From assembly GCA_039621445.1 (NCBI GenBank), contig CP154954.1, positions 13,138,716 to 13,202,715 on the forward strand: 64,000 nt of DNA, written 5' to 3'. The notes beneath the pieces are model-generated. The model saw only the letters and a program-made list of their open reading frames with translations. It had not been told where the DNA came from and searched no databases. The position numbers and the translations under genes were made by a program. Origin of the DNA: Euglena gracilis (Eukaryota). This document shows, in pieces, positions 1 to 40,500 of the stretch. How positions within the stretch are numbered: position 1 is the first letter of the stretch; each line of letters opens with the position of its first letter.

Positions 1-16273
<16,273 letters not shown>

Positions 16274-17040
16274 TTGAACTCCCTTTGTGGTGGAAAAAAA
16301 ATTAAATTTTTTTTCCATTTTTGGAATTCATGTTTCAATTTTGAGGCATCGCGATGCAAAAACGAACCACATCTCACCGAACCCAGTTCCATTGCAATAT
16401 CTAACCTTTCCAGAAATACTTGTAAAATGCAAAGGAATGTGTGCTTCCCAGGAGGACAGCCTTTCCAAAGATGTGCAAGGACCCGTGGATGCTTTGGATT
16501 GCTTAATTTCCGAAGCTTGATTTTGGTGATGTGTTAATAAATTGCCCTTAAATAAGCACCCTTACACCTCCTTACACCTTACACCCTTACACCTTAAAAT
16601 TCCTTTTTTTCGATGCCAAGCGCCCGATTTCGTCTCAATCAGCCTGATCCCCCTTTTCCAAGCACACAAAGTTGATCCAACCCTTTTTGACAAGGACCAA
16701 TGGCCCAAAAAATGCAATGAGCACACGTGGGATAACAATGTATACCTGCTCATATATGGCATTCGGTGCATACGAGGTTACATATGTGTCACTTGTAAAC
16801 AATTCATTCTCCTCCCCTTGCATAAATATCAGAAAATCCCAAAATATGTCTATGTCCTGGGGGGGGGGGCTCTTCTTTTCAGTCGGTCTGCAGGCTGCTG
16901 TGTTGTCTTCAGTCTGCAGGCTGCCACTCCTCCCCTGCCTTTTCAAATTTCCAGGAATCCATACGTATCTTCTTTTCATGTTGATTCATTCCCTCCTTCT
17001 GTCATTGAGGAGGCGCCATCCAAAAAAATGCAGGCCAGTG

Positions 17041-17066
17041 TTCGTTTCTTTTTTTATTTTGCACAG
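17041..17066 (+). promoter_or_regulatory. Polypyrimidine tract + AG; probable spliced-leader trans-splice (or 5' UTR intron) acceptor
   Basis: ttcgtttctttttttattttgcacAG, 30 nt upstream of the ATG at 17097. Confidence 0.6.
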
Positions 17067-17096
17067 CATCTGCCTGCTACCACCCATCCTGCAGCG

Positions 17097-29386
<12,290 letters not shown>

Positions 29387-30454
29387 CCCCAACCCCCTGA
29401 GACTGGCGACACGCGGACGAGGATTTGAGGAGCAACGTTGCACTTCGTCAAGAACTGATTGTGGTCGTGACCACAGTCTAATTCGTTGCCTTAAAATGAC
29501 ACCTCTGGCTGTGCATTTAGCCTTTCTCAGACCATGGCTTGTGCATGGTCGTTGTTCATGTGTTGCCTTGTTTATAAGGTTTTTGTGCTTCGGCCCCGGT
29601 GTCCTTTCTTGTCTGATCGGCTCGAGGAGACCAGTTTCAAGTTCAGCAATTTTGGCTGCGAACGAATCCTCAGACATTTTTTCCATTTCGGCTCAATCAC
29701 TTTCAGAGCAGGCGGGTTGGATTGGTTGTAAATGGCTCAAAAACAGGGACCTTTAGTCACTCAAAGTCTTGGCTGGCTGTCACTCAAAAACGTCGCAAGC
29801 AGATTGTCACTCAAAATCCTCGGGGCAGGCTTTTTCAAAAAGGCTCTAAAATCCAATTGATTGGTAGTTTCTTGGGCAAATAATTCACCAAACAATTTTT
29901 CGGAGCAAAACAATTTGGAAAGAAACTGGCAGCCTTTCGAGAAAAGAACCTTGGGGCATCAACTGCTTGCCAAAGACGCCCCCCTTGACCCCGCAGAGCA
30001 TTCGGGCTCCGCACTGCGAGATGGTGAGGTCCTGCTGTCCTTACTCACCATCATCTTACTTGCTCGCCATCTTCTTGTGCTCCGCCCTCTTGGTCCCTTC
30101 CTCCCAATTCCTCCGTCGTGGGAGTCCGACTCCCTCGACCTTGGGGCCCCAACTGCTTGCCAAAGATGCCCCCCTTGACCCCGCACTCCCTCGGGGGGGG
30201 GTGGGACCGAGGGCTCAGCACAAAGACCTTGTGAGGCCATACCTTGCTCGCCGGTGCGGTGCTGTTTGGATTGCTTCGGCGCGTTGGGTTAGGAGCCCCT
30301 GCATAGTCCCGCCTCGCAGGAGTTTGGCTGATAGTGCTTCCCCGGCGTGGCGCCGTGGCCTCTGTCCCGTGGGGGCGTCCCCCCTCTGACCCCCTGGCCC
30401 CATTTTCTTCTGGCCGAGGGCTTTTGATCACAAATACGCGTGGGGGGGGGGCGG

Positions 30455-30901
30455 AGTGTACGTCCAACCCTTTTCCTCGCTTTCGGCCTTTGGTGCGCAA
30501 GGTAAAAAGTTGGAGTAACAAAAGGGGAAAAAAATAAATAATATAAAAGTTGTAAGCCCTTTTCCCAAATTAAGAGGCCGAGCACAAGGCAGGGGAGAAG
30601 CCCTATGGGCTACGACAATGCAAAGTGCCAAGTGACTTGGCTGTCCTTTCAGGACTTCAAATGAAAACAAATCAAACTTGAAATTCAAGTAGGACAAAGT
30701 GAAAGAACAAAATAGAAAATAGAAAATACCACCTGTGGTGAGGAGAACCAGAATAAGGATTAGGTATTCCTAATTCAGGCCGTTGGCCATCTTTAGGAAT
30801 ACCACCTAGCATAGTACTGTGTATGGGGCTCAGAGCTATATCTGGCCGTAGGCTTATACCTACATACACAGTACCATGGCCTTACGGGTGCCTGGTACAC
30901 A
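30455..30901 (-). repeat. 3' LTR of element 1 (447 bp)
   Basis: Near-identical to 47405-47852; reads TGTGTAC...GTACACT on the minus strand. Confidence 0.95.
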
Positions 30902-30911
30902 TCCCCCTCCC
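30902..30911 (-). other. Polypurine tract (GGGAGGGGGA)
   Basis: tccccctccc directly abuts the 3' LTR; identical at 60061-60070. Confidence 0.85.
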
Positions 30912-31734
30912 AGGGCTATGCCTGATTTCCCTACTGGACCAGGCCAGTCGGAATGCCGGACACAGTCCTGGGGACGGGGACCTGTCTCAGAGCCGTATGC
31001 GGCTTTTGGTTCTCCTGTCACCAGGGGTGTAGGAAGGAAGATGCTAAATAACGCAATAACGCGCAAAAGTGGTTAACCGCTTATGCGGTGCCTACTTATT
31101 GCGGCAAAGGGGTGGAAGTGGAAGAGCCCATTGGAAAATGGGGCTGAAGTTTTCCATTCCAGAAAGTCCCATCCACCCAGTTTGGGGTGTGTCTATGACA
31201 CGCGGGGAGGTCTCATTCCATAATCGGAAAAGATTGAAGGGTAGGGTGTGGAAGGAGCGGGAACCTGGCCAGTCATATCTGACCAGGGAGAAAGACCTAT
31301 TTACAAAACCGACTGCCGGCGACAGCGATATTTTGCCCAGGGGGGTAAAGGAGAGAGGAGTGGGGGGCTGGTCAAAAGACCTTAGATGGAAGTTTTGCTG
31401 TCTGGCAGTCTTATGGGGCCTTATAGCCGAAAAGTAACAAGTTAGGGCTATTATTACGGTGTGCGCGCCGTACGCTGTGTGTCTTCTTACTGGCGGCATA
31501 TACCGCTGAGGGAAGGCTTCACAGCGCGGCGTGGACACGACGTTGTCGATGGGGTATCCCCAGAGGTGTATACCTCGACAGACGGGCGGTAGCCCAAAAG
31601 AGAGGGGGTCATATGCTGAATATAAATACATATGGGCAGATGTGCCTGGGATGGATACCGAATCTAGGGCCTATAGGCCTGAAGGAAAGGTCAGAACAGG
31701 GTCCATGGACCTGTGGCCTGTAAGCCTGGGGTAT

Positions 31735-34700
31735 CTATGGCACAGATGGGCATTTCCTGGGAGTCGGTGGTCTGATCTCCCGAACGTAATCTCCTTCAGG
31801 AGTTTCCACTATCTCCAGTATCGGAGGTTCAAAATTTACAAGTTGCCTTTCAGGCTCATCGACATCATAATCGGGTGATTCCCAGGTTTGCGTATACCCA
31901 TCGGGTAATCGTACTCCGAGCCTATTGGCTTCTCGATGAAGAAAATTCTGGAGGTTATCCCAGAAGAAAAGTGGCAACATTGCCGGCCAGATCCAAAAAT
32001 TCAGGCGGGGGTGGTTACACTAAACCTGTGGGGGTATCCCCGGGAAGGTGGCAGTATCTGCCTTGCAATGCCAATTTGCGACTCGCGCTCGGATTGTAAA
32101 GGGCCTTAAGATTTCTCTTACCCAATCGGTAAATTCCATCTTATAGGCCTCAGGGGGGTATTCAGGCAACAAAAATGTATAACTTGGTTGGTTTGGCAGG
32201 CTTTGTGCCGAGAAAAGTGGGTATATCACCCTGTCCCAATCGGAGTCTTGAAAAAGATATGGCACTTTGGCCTTCCCTGCTGACTCGACTGCGAGTCGGA
32301 CAGCTGCGCTGTCAAGTTGAAAATCTTTGGCGATTCCGCCTGTGCGGTAGCTGTGTACAGCTTTAAACTTCTTGAACTGGTGAAAGTTGATCTGGGACTT
32401 ATAGTCCCCTTTGAATTTGACCAGATGGTCTTCATTTTCTGGTATGACTCTAGTCATACCGCCAGTGGCAGGTAACCAGAAATCTGCCTGTAGGCAGTTG
32501 ATGCAACAGACAGGTATGTCCTTGTCATAATCATTTTCCGTCCAGCGGAAAGTGTCCATATTGGACCATGGCAGTAGGCAATTGCCACAAAGCAATGCTG
32601 CGCAATTGCGCACATATGCGTCATGGTGGAAGTTTATGCTGTCCGGATTCCGTGTGCAGATATGCACTGCGGGCATGTCGTTTCGTAGCATATGGCCTGC
32701 TGTACATAACCACAATAGTGGATCATTTTCCTTGAAATCCAGGACGAAATTTCCTCCAAAATATTGGGCAAATACCCTTGGAGATTTTGCGTTCCAAAAA
32801 CGCCAAGTGTGGCTGGTCGTGAAAATACCGGGTTGATCCCGATGGAACAAGGGCTTGATCCACTTGTTCAGCCAGGGGTCACTGCTATTGCGGATCATAT
32901 TGATCCTAGCCTGGCGAGTGTTGAGGGGGTCTACTCAGGACAATACGTCCTCAGTCCAAAATGGCTCATTAGCCTCGTAAGGGACATTTGACCGAATAGG
33001 TCTGATTGTGGGTTTGTGCTTAGCGCCTTCAGAGGTTGCAGCCACATAGCTGGCCATTGGTATTGTGGGCCTATGGCCTGTGCCAGAGCCATCTCCACCA
33101 GGAGGTGGTGGCTCATCATCCCGCCGCTTTTGAGCGGGCTTGCAGCCTTCGGCTGAGGGTTTAGCCTTAGGCTTTTTGTGTTTGCCATATCGGCGTTCTT
33201 CCCCAGGGTCTGCCGGAGGCAGTGGTCTTTCCGCCGTTGGCGGTTTCGGGGCTGCCGGCTTGGCAGGAGGTGGTTGCATTTCCGCCGTTGGCGGTGCTGG
33301 TGCCTCTGGTTTCGCCACTGGAACATCCAACTCCATTGGAGTTGTGACCGCAGCCTGTACGGCTGTTGAGCTGCTATCAGCAGCAGTAACCCTTTGGGTT
33401 TCGGGAGGGGATGCGGCAGGTGAGCCGCGAGGGGTCAGCACTGCCGATACTGCGGACATCGCCGCAGTGACACCCTGTAGCACACCACCTTCCTCCTGAA
33501 GGAGATGTCAGCTCAGAATCTGAATCTCCAACATCCGAGGCCGAACGGCCACCGGTACCTCCGGTACCGCCCCTTTCCTTACCCGCAGTGCCAACGGCAT
33601 CAACCCCGACAGAACCTGTCGCATCACCAACAATACCTACAGGGGGTGTTCTGGAGCCCATTGGGGCTGGTGGAAGAGCTGGATGCTGTGGTTCATCAGC
33701 ACATATTTCTTCCAAGCCTTCCATGCGGTCTTCACCGCTCTCTCCATCACTCTCCTCACTGCCCTCCACCGTTTCAGGTGAAGCAGCAGGGGCTGCTGGC
33801 TGTTCCGCTATCGCGGTAGGCACAGTGCCTGTTTGCGCAGTCGGGCTGGTTGGTACCGCAATAGCGGGCTGGGGCGAGGAGGTAGTCCCTTAGGGACAAA
33901 AGGTCTGCTGTAGCCGATAGGCTTGCACCCATGTAACGCCGACCACTCCCGAAGACGGGTGGTGGTGTCTCACCAGGAATACCCTGGGGTAATGGCGTTG
34001 CCGGTTGCGGCTGAGTTGTGACTGATGTTGCCGGTTGCGGCTGTGTTGAGGATTCCGATGGCGGAACTTCCGGAGCCGGTTGCGGCTTCGGGCGGGGTGC
34101 CTTTGGCACCTGTCTTTTCCGTAATCGGAAAAGATCCCATGGTTTCCGTTCTTCTTCAACCATCCTGTGGTTGAAGCGCAGGAGGGGTAGGGCCATGCCC
34201 AACTCGTTCCGTCTGCCGCGTTGGAAAAACAGGCTGGAACAGCGCTCTATCGAGCGTATCGCCGAATCGGCGTTTGACATAATCGTCAATGCTTTCCTTC
34301 TCGAACCGGGGTCTAATGGGGACATAGTCCGGGGGAATCTCCCTATCGGGATTGAGATAATAATATATCTCCATGATCTGGCAGGTCCAAGCCCTGAACC
34401 AGAACTGCTGCAAATACAGCAGGAGTTGACGGTGGTTGCGTCGCCCGTTCGAGCTTTGGTGTACATCCTTTTGATTTCGGCAAAGGTGCAGGAGCATGAT
34501 GCGCTTTGGCGCTGCCTGCGGGACATTGGCCTGTTGGCCTTCCTCGTCCTGGCCTTCGGCCTGTGGTTGAGTACTGCGTACTCCGAATCCCCAGAAGTCC
34601 ACTGCAAACTTTTCGTAGCAGTGAGAAAACCGGACGATATCGACCACTTCAAAGTGATAGGCATATTGCCAGTGGTAAAAGACTTGCAGATTGCTGCAGA

Positions 34701-37417
34701 ACATGTTTCCCGCCAATTTGGCGATATTTTCAGGTAGTGGGTAGAACTCCCACTCCAGGCCTTTTGGGCCCACACTGTGAATGCAGTCGAATAACTGTCG
34801 CAGCAGGTCTTTACCTGTATTGTATCGGTCTTCCCGACCACAATCCAGGTAAGGATAGCCACAGGAGTTCAAGAATCTGCCGAAATTTTGGGTAGGGTAT
34901 CCCGCCCAGAACCAAACATGCCAGAAACCCGGCAGATTGTCCAATATCGGACTGAGGATGGGATTGCCCTCAAAGGCATATAAAGTTCCATCATGGTGGA
35001 AATCACGATTTCGCTCCGTATAGAGCTGTCTGGCCACAGTCACGACGGGGGAGGCGACCAGGATTGCAAGGTTAAGTTCATTTTGGAACTTCCACATGGC
35101 CTCGAATGCGAGGTCATGAATGCTCTGGATTTGCTCGAATAGAGCTTCCATGTCGTCCTCATAGACGTTCCGGTATTGGCCTTTCTGGCCTTTGCCTTGG
35201 CCTTTTTGGCCTGCGGTAGGTGCTCGTTTGGGAGCACTTTTGGCTTTACCCTTGCCCGATTTGGCTTCCCATCGGGCAATCTCTTCCCTAGCTTGTTTCC
35301 AAGCATGAGGACAGAGATCGGATGAAAAACAGGGACATAAAAATGCAGGATTCATATCGCTTGTTCGTCCAAGCTATTCCTGTGGGGCATAAGCCAGTTT
35401 GGGTGCTGGGTATGCTGCAGGTTGATCCTGCATATCTGCCACGTTCGAGGGTATCGTCGAAAATTTTCTGTACTCGTGCACGCTCCGCAGCTTCATGCTC
35501 GATTGCTGCCCTATGGGCTTTTTGAGCCAGTTCGGCTCGCTCGAGCTGCTGCTGTGTGGGTTCAGAAACAGGTAGTACCTCGGTTGCGGCCTGTTGGCCT
35601 GGAGGTACTGGTGTCTCTTGGGGTGGTGCCACTGGTGCTGTTACAGGCTGTGGCGCCGTTGGCGCTGCTACAGGCTGTGGCGCGATTGGCGCTGCTGCAG
35701 CTGTCGGCGCTGCTGCTTGTGCTGGCACCGGTCTGGGGGGTTGCGCCATTGGCGCTGGCTTGGCCGGCACGGTAAACGGTACGGGCACGGGAGGGGGTGC
35801 GGCCTGTTGACCACCCGATGCCCGACGTTGCTGTGCAGGGGTAGCCTGTCTGGCTGGGCCTGGGGGTTTTGGTCTCCCCATTCGGGATGACAATTCTGGC
35901 CTACCCCGTTTCCCTAGGTCTGCTGGCCTGTATGGCTGTGTTGCATATCTGCGTTCTGCAGACTGTGGGCCCTGGAGGTGTTCCAGGGATTGGTAGTACT
36001 GGATGGCCTGCTGAGGTGATGTGAAGCAGGGTTCTGGAAGGGGTTCATGTACCGTTGGTACAATGTCTTCCACAGCCATACGGCCTTCGGCCTCGGCCTG
36101 CTCCACATCCTCAGCCCAGCATCCAGGTTCCTGAGCCACCGGCATATCCAGTTGTACGGGTAACTGACTTCCTGCTTCCAGATGGGCTGGATATGGAAAT
36201 GGCGGTAGTGCCGTTGACGGTTGCGTCGTTGGCTGATACGCATATTACGTTGGGGGTTCCCGATATTCGGGTTGTGGTGGTCTTGGCATACGAGGAGGGG
36301 ACTGGGTATCGCGAAAAATTTGTGATGGCTGCACCATTGGTGCTGGGATATCTCCCGCCTCGCTTTCCGCCACTGGGGGGCTATGCACCCGCATATATTC
36401 GGTGAATGCACCTGTGTGATGACGGATCCGCGGCATCGGCGGTGCCTGGATACTCAGTGTACGCATGCTGACATCAGGGGGATATTCCCCAGGAATGAAG
36501 TACACTTCACCTGTCATCAGAGTTTGGCCACAAGCGCACCATTGTGCAATAGGCATATTGGCCAGGCCCAAAATCTGACGACAGTGGGTATCCCACATCA
36601 CTTGTAAGGAGGGGTCTGCTCTTTCGAGTGCGCTAACGCGCAGGGCAGTCCGCAGAGTTTTCTCTGCGAGATTCACCAATTCTGCGGTGAATGCGGGGTA
36701 TGGCACTGTTAGTGCTGGCTGGGGCGTCTCATGCGCCGCAGGGATCGCATAAGGGGATATACTACTGCTGCTGACCGCGGTCTGAGCCGCAGGCTCCCGA
36801 CCGGGTTGAGCAGCAGGAGGGAGCATCGCCTGTACGGCGTGTACCTGGTGCGGGATACCCTGTACGGGTTGTGATTGGGGTTGTGTTTGGGATTGTTGAG
36901 TCATAACGTACTGTGGTGTATACAGGATGGGAGGTGAGGGACCAGGCATGGCGTAATGTGCCTGCTCCATTGGAGGTGCCTGTCCCTGCCTCGCATACTG
37001 TTGTTGTTTCATTGGAACTTGGTGTACCTGTTGAGGGTGTGGTTGTTCCATTGGAACTTGATATGTCTGTTGAGGCTGTGTCGCATATGTAGCTCCCATT
37101 GGCACAGAAGCCGAATGAGCGACTGGTGGTGGTTGCGCCTGACAGGGGGGCGGCATTTGTGCCTGAGAGGGGGGCGGCATTTGTGCCTGAGACGGGGCTG
37201 ACATATGTGACTGAGAGGGGTATGGAATTTGTGCCTGAACCATTTGAGGGGGGGGTGGCATTTGTGCCTGAGCCGCATAAGCGGCTGGAGGGGGTTGATA
37301 TACCGCATATGCAGGCGCCCCGTGGGCTGGAGGTGCCGCCGCATAGGCGTGTGGGTGGTAGGGAGGGATGGCATACTGTATAGGGGGCGGTCCTGGGCCG
37401 CGCCCTGGGTCTTGCAT
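31735..37417 (-). pseudogene. Extra ORF3 of element 1 (~1,900 codons, disrupted); Pro/Gln/Ala-rich linkers with globular and Cys/His-rich segments; function unknown
   Basis: Track ORFs 36245-37510, 35288-36145, 34156-35355, 33377-33823, 32935-33483, 32020-32898 and 31735-31980 are colinear. They are joined by single in-frame stops (36245, 32935, 32020) or by frameshifts. The ATG at 37417 is preceded by a polypyrimidine tract and AG (37462-37461). Confidence 0.7.
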
Positions 37418-37543
37418 TGGTCCGGGAACCAAAAGAAACAAAAAAAGTAGCTTTGATGAGCTGTAGAAAAAAAACAAGGGATAAATGAATTGGGGTTGGG
37501 AGAAAAACACAGAGAGGGGAGGGAAAAGGCCTATAGGCCGATT

Positions 37544-40500
37544 TCAAAAAATATTCACAGAAATGTCTATGTTATTTCTTTTATTACACAGCTTCCAGTC
37601 CTGTTGGACATAACCAATAAAACTGGAGGCTGGCTCCCAGGTGTCCTCCTCTGGCCCATAGCCTTTCCACCTGACCTTCCAGTAATGGACTCCCCGATCA
37701 AGTTTGTGATCGAGAATTTTGTCCACCACGAAATCATCCGTTTCGGGTAACTTGGAACGGGGCTTGAAATAAAGGCACGGTAGTGCTTTGCATAAGGCGG
37801 GGAAAGGTATGGTTTGAAATCATCCATGTGAACATCCTCGATCCCGTTGGGAAGTGCCACCCTATAGCGGCCACTGTTACCAACGCGTTCGAGAATTTCA
37901 CAGGGCCTGAGCCAGAGGGGGTCTAGCTTGGAAGCTTGCATACGGATTCGGCTATTCCGAACCCATACGCGATCACCAGCACTATAGCCAGGTGATTTGA
38001 ATTCTTGCAAAAATTTATTTCTCTTTTGAGAATGGATATCAGTAATGCGTTTCTGAACAGTAGTTCTGAGAGACTCTACTTCAGAGAACCATGTCTCACA
38101 GGTTACGCTACTTCGAGCTGGTCTCTCTGATGGTATATCACCAATCGCTGGCGGGTCTCGCCCAAAAACAATTTTATATGGGGAGTGCGGCAAAACTAGA
38201 CCCGGTAGGGTGTTTATATAAAAGAGGGATCATGGCAAAACCTGGACCCAGGCCTGGCGCCAGTCATCCAGTGAGAGGCGGAGCATATTTACAACAGCCT
38301 TCACTGCTGCCTCGGCGCGGCCATTGCCCTTCGGGCAATATATAATTGAAAAATGCTGTTTGATTCCCAGTAAACCACATAGGGTTGTGAAGAATCGGGG
38401 GGAGATCAAATGATCTTGATCACTGACAATCTCATTCGGCAAGCCCATTAGTCAGATACACTTTTCTATAAATATCTGCGCTAAAATTTGCGCGGTCAAC
38501 CCTGCCTTTTGGCTTGGAATGGCTACTATGTAACCACTCAACCGACAGAAGACAACAAAAAAAGAATCTTAAATTTTGCCGTCTGATCCTTTGCAAGGTT
38601 CTAATTCAAGAAAATCCATGCAGAGGGACGTAAAAATGTCAGCGGGTACGGGTAAAAAATCAAGCGTACCGGGTGGGTACCTTTGCGCCGTTTCACCGCT
38701 TGACAAATTTGGCACCGTTGCGAAATTTGCAAGCAGCGCGAATGCAAATCTTTTTCTTTCTGGGTTGTACAATACCTGCGACCCACCAGAGAAAGAAGTT
38801 TGGGGGCCCCAGGGTGACCTTGGTTGTGATAACACAAAATTACTTCATCAACCAAGTCACGGGGTATACAATATTTATATCCCGCATCATCGCGGTAAAC
38901 CAACCGTAAAGGCGAGATAGTACAATTATGTACAACCTCGCCATTGCGCAGTCTGTGCACTATCGTGCTATATACAGGGTCATGGGAATAATCTCAATCG
39001 CGAAAGAGGAGGGGGGAAGGAGATTCAGATCGCGTAATGCGACGGGGACCAGGTGTGCGGCCTCGCCGTCTTCTCCCCCATATAGGACAGACTGGCAACG
39101 AACGGAAAATCGATGAAACGGGAAAAGAATCCAACATATCGTCGGCTGCGTCATATCGACGTGTATATTCATCAGCCTCTTGGCTGCCATGAAAGGTGGC
39201 ATCACCTTCATCCAGGTTACCGGGGTAATGCCAGGGTGCTCGGCTGAGCGGGTCTGCTACTTTCTGTGTATGGCCAGGGTATATACAACCACTAGGTTGA
39301 ATTGGCTCAAACATTCATGCCATCGGCATCTTCGGCCTACAGATGACATGGATTTGTTCAGATCCTTGGTATACCAATGTTGAAGACTCTCATTGTCAGT
39401 CAACACCAGTATTTGCACCAAGGAGCTGGCGACCCAACTACGGAATTTTTTGCAAAATAAGTACGATTGTGTACGTTTCCTTCTCACGGATACTCCACTT
39501 GTCATTTGACTTTGCCATCTTCACCTTGTAGCTTTCTACTGAAAAATGCTACAGGGCGTAATTCGTTAGCCGCGTTATGCTGGATTAGAACACCGCCTGC
39601 AGCATAATCGCTGCTATCGACTTCTAGCACATAAGGCTTGTAGGGATCCTCGATGACGAGTACGACATTTTCAAGCATTAGCTTTTTAATGCTCTCTAGA
39701 GCTTCACGCATATCTGCGTCCCATTTAATTTTTGTTTTTTCGGGTGCGCGATTTTTGAGCTGCCTCGATAGAGGCACCGCGATTTTCGCGAAATCTCTCA
39801 TGTAAATCGCGTAGTATTGAGCTAATCCCAAAAATCCTTTCAAACGGGTGATGGTCTTGATGACCTCAGGTGTCCACTTCTTAATGGCCTCTAGTTTGCT
39901 AGGCGCCGCTCGGCGTTGGCCATTATTAAGAATGTGACCGCAAAACTTTATCGTTTCGCGAAATAAGTCCATTTTAGCTCCTTTGACAAAAAGTCTATGT
40001 TTGAGAAATGCGGCTAATACCGCGGAACATCACGATAGTGAATGTCGAGAATATTCTCGTGTGTATTCGCTGAATGAGGGGGGGTACCAACCAAAACATC
40101 ATCAAGTACACCAGCGCAAACGGTAAATCCCGTAAGACCCATTGGATCATGCGCTGAAACATTGCTGGTCCATTCTTAACACCCATTGGTAAAACAGTCC
40201 ATTGGTAAACACCTTTGGATGTTACAAAAGCCGTATAGGCTTGCGAATCGGGATCCAGATGCATTTGGTGGAAACCATCCTCCAGGTCGAAAATTGACCA
40301 CAAGGGGTTATCCGCTTGTTTGGTGATGAGGTCCTCTATTAGAGGGAACGGGAATGGGTCATCCTTGGTTTGTGAGTTCAAGTATCGATAATCCAGTACT
40401 ACCCCCCACTTTTTCTGACCTGATGGGTCTGGGGCTTAGGAACCACAAAAGCTTGGGATGTCCATTCACTCTTGGAAGGGATGATCCACTTCCGCTCTAT

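Noticed and set aside
29948-30190. ~45-bp direct repeat (ccttgggg..caactgcttgccaaaga.gccccccttgaccccgca) as a possible mini-LTR
   Set aside because: No TG/CA ends, PBS, PPT or TSD
31092-31631. 179-aa ORF as a fourth element gene
   Set aside because: The homologous copy at 60250-60760 has frame-breaking indels; conservation looks nucleotide-level
34018-34737. 239-aa + strand ORF with a hydrophobic stretch (env-like?)
   Set aside because: Antisense shadow of ORF3 with no independent support
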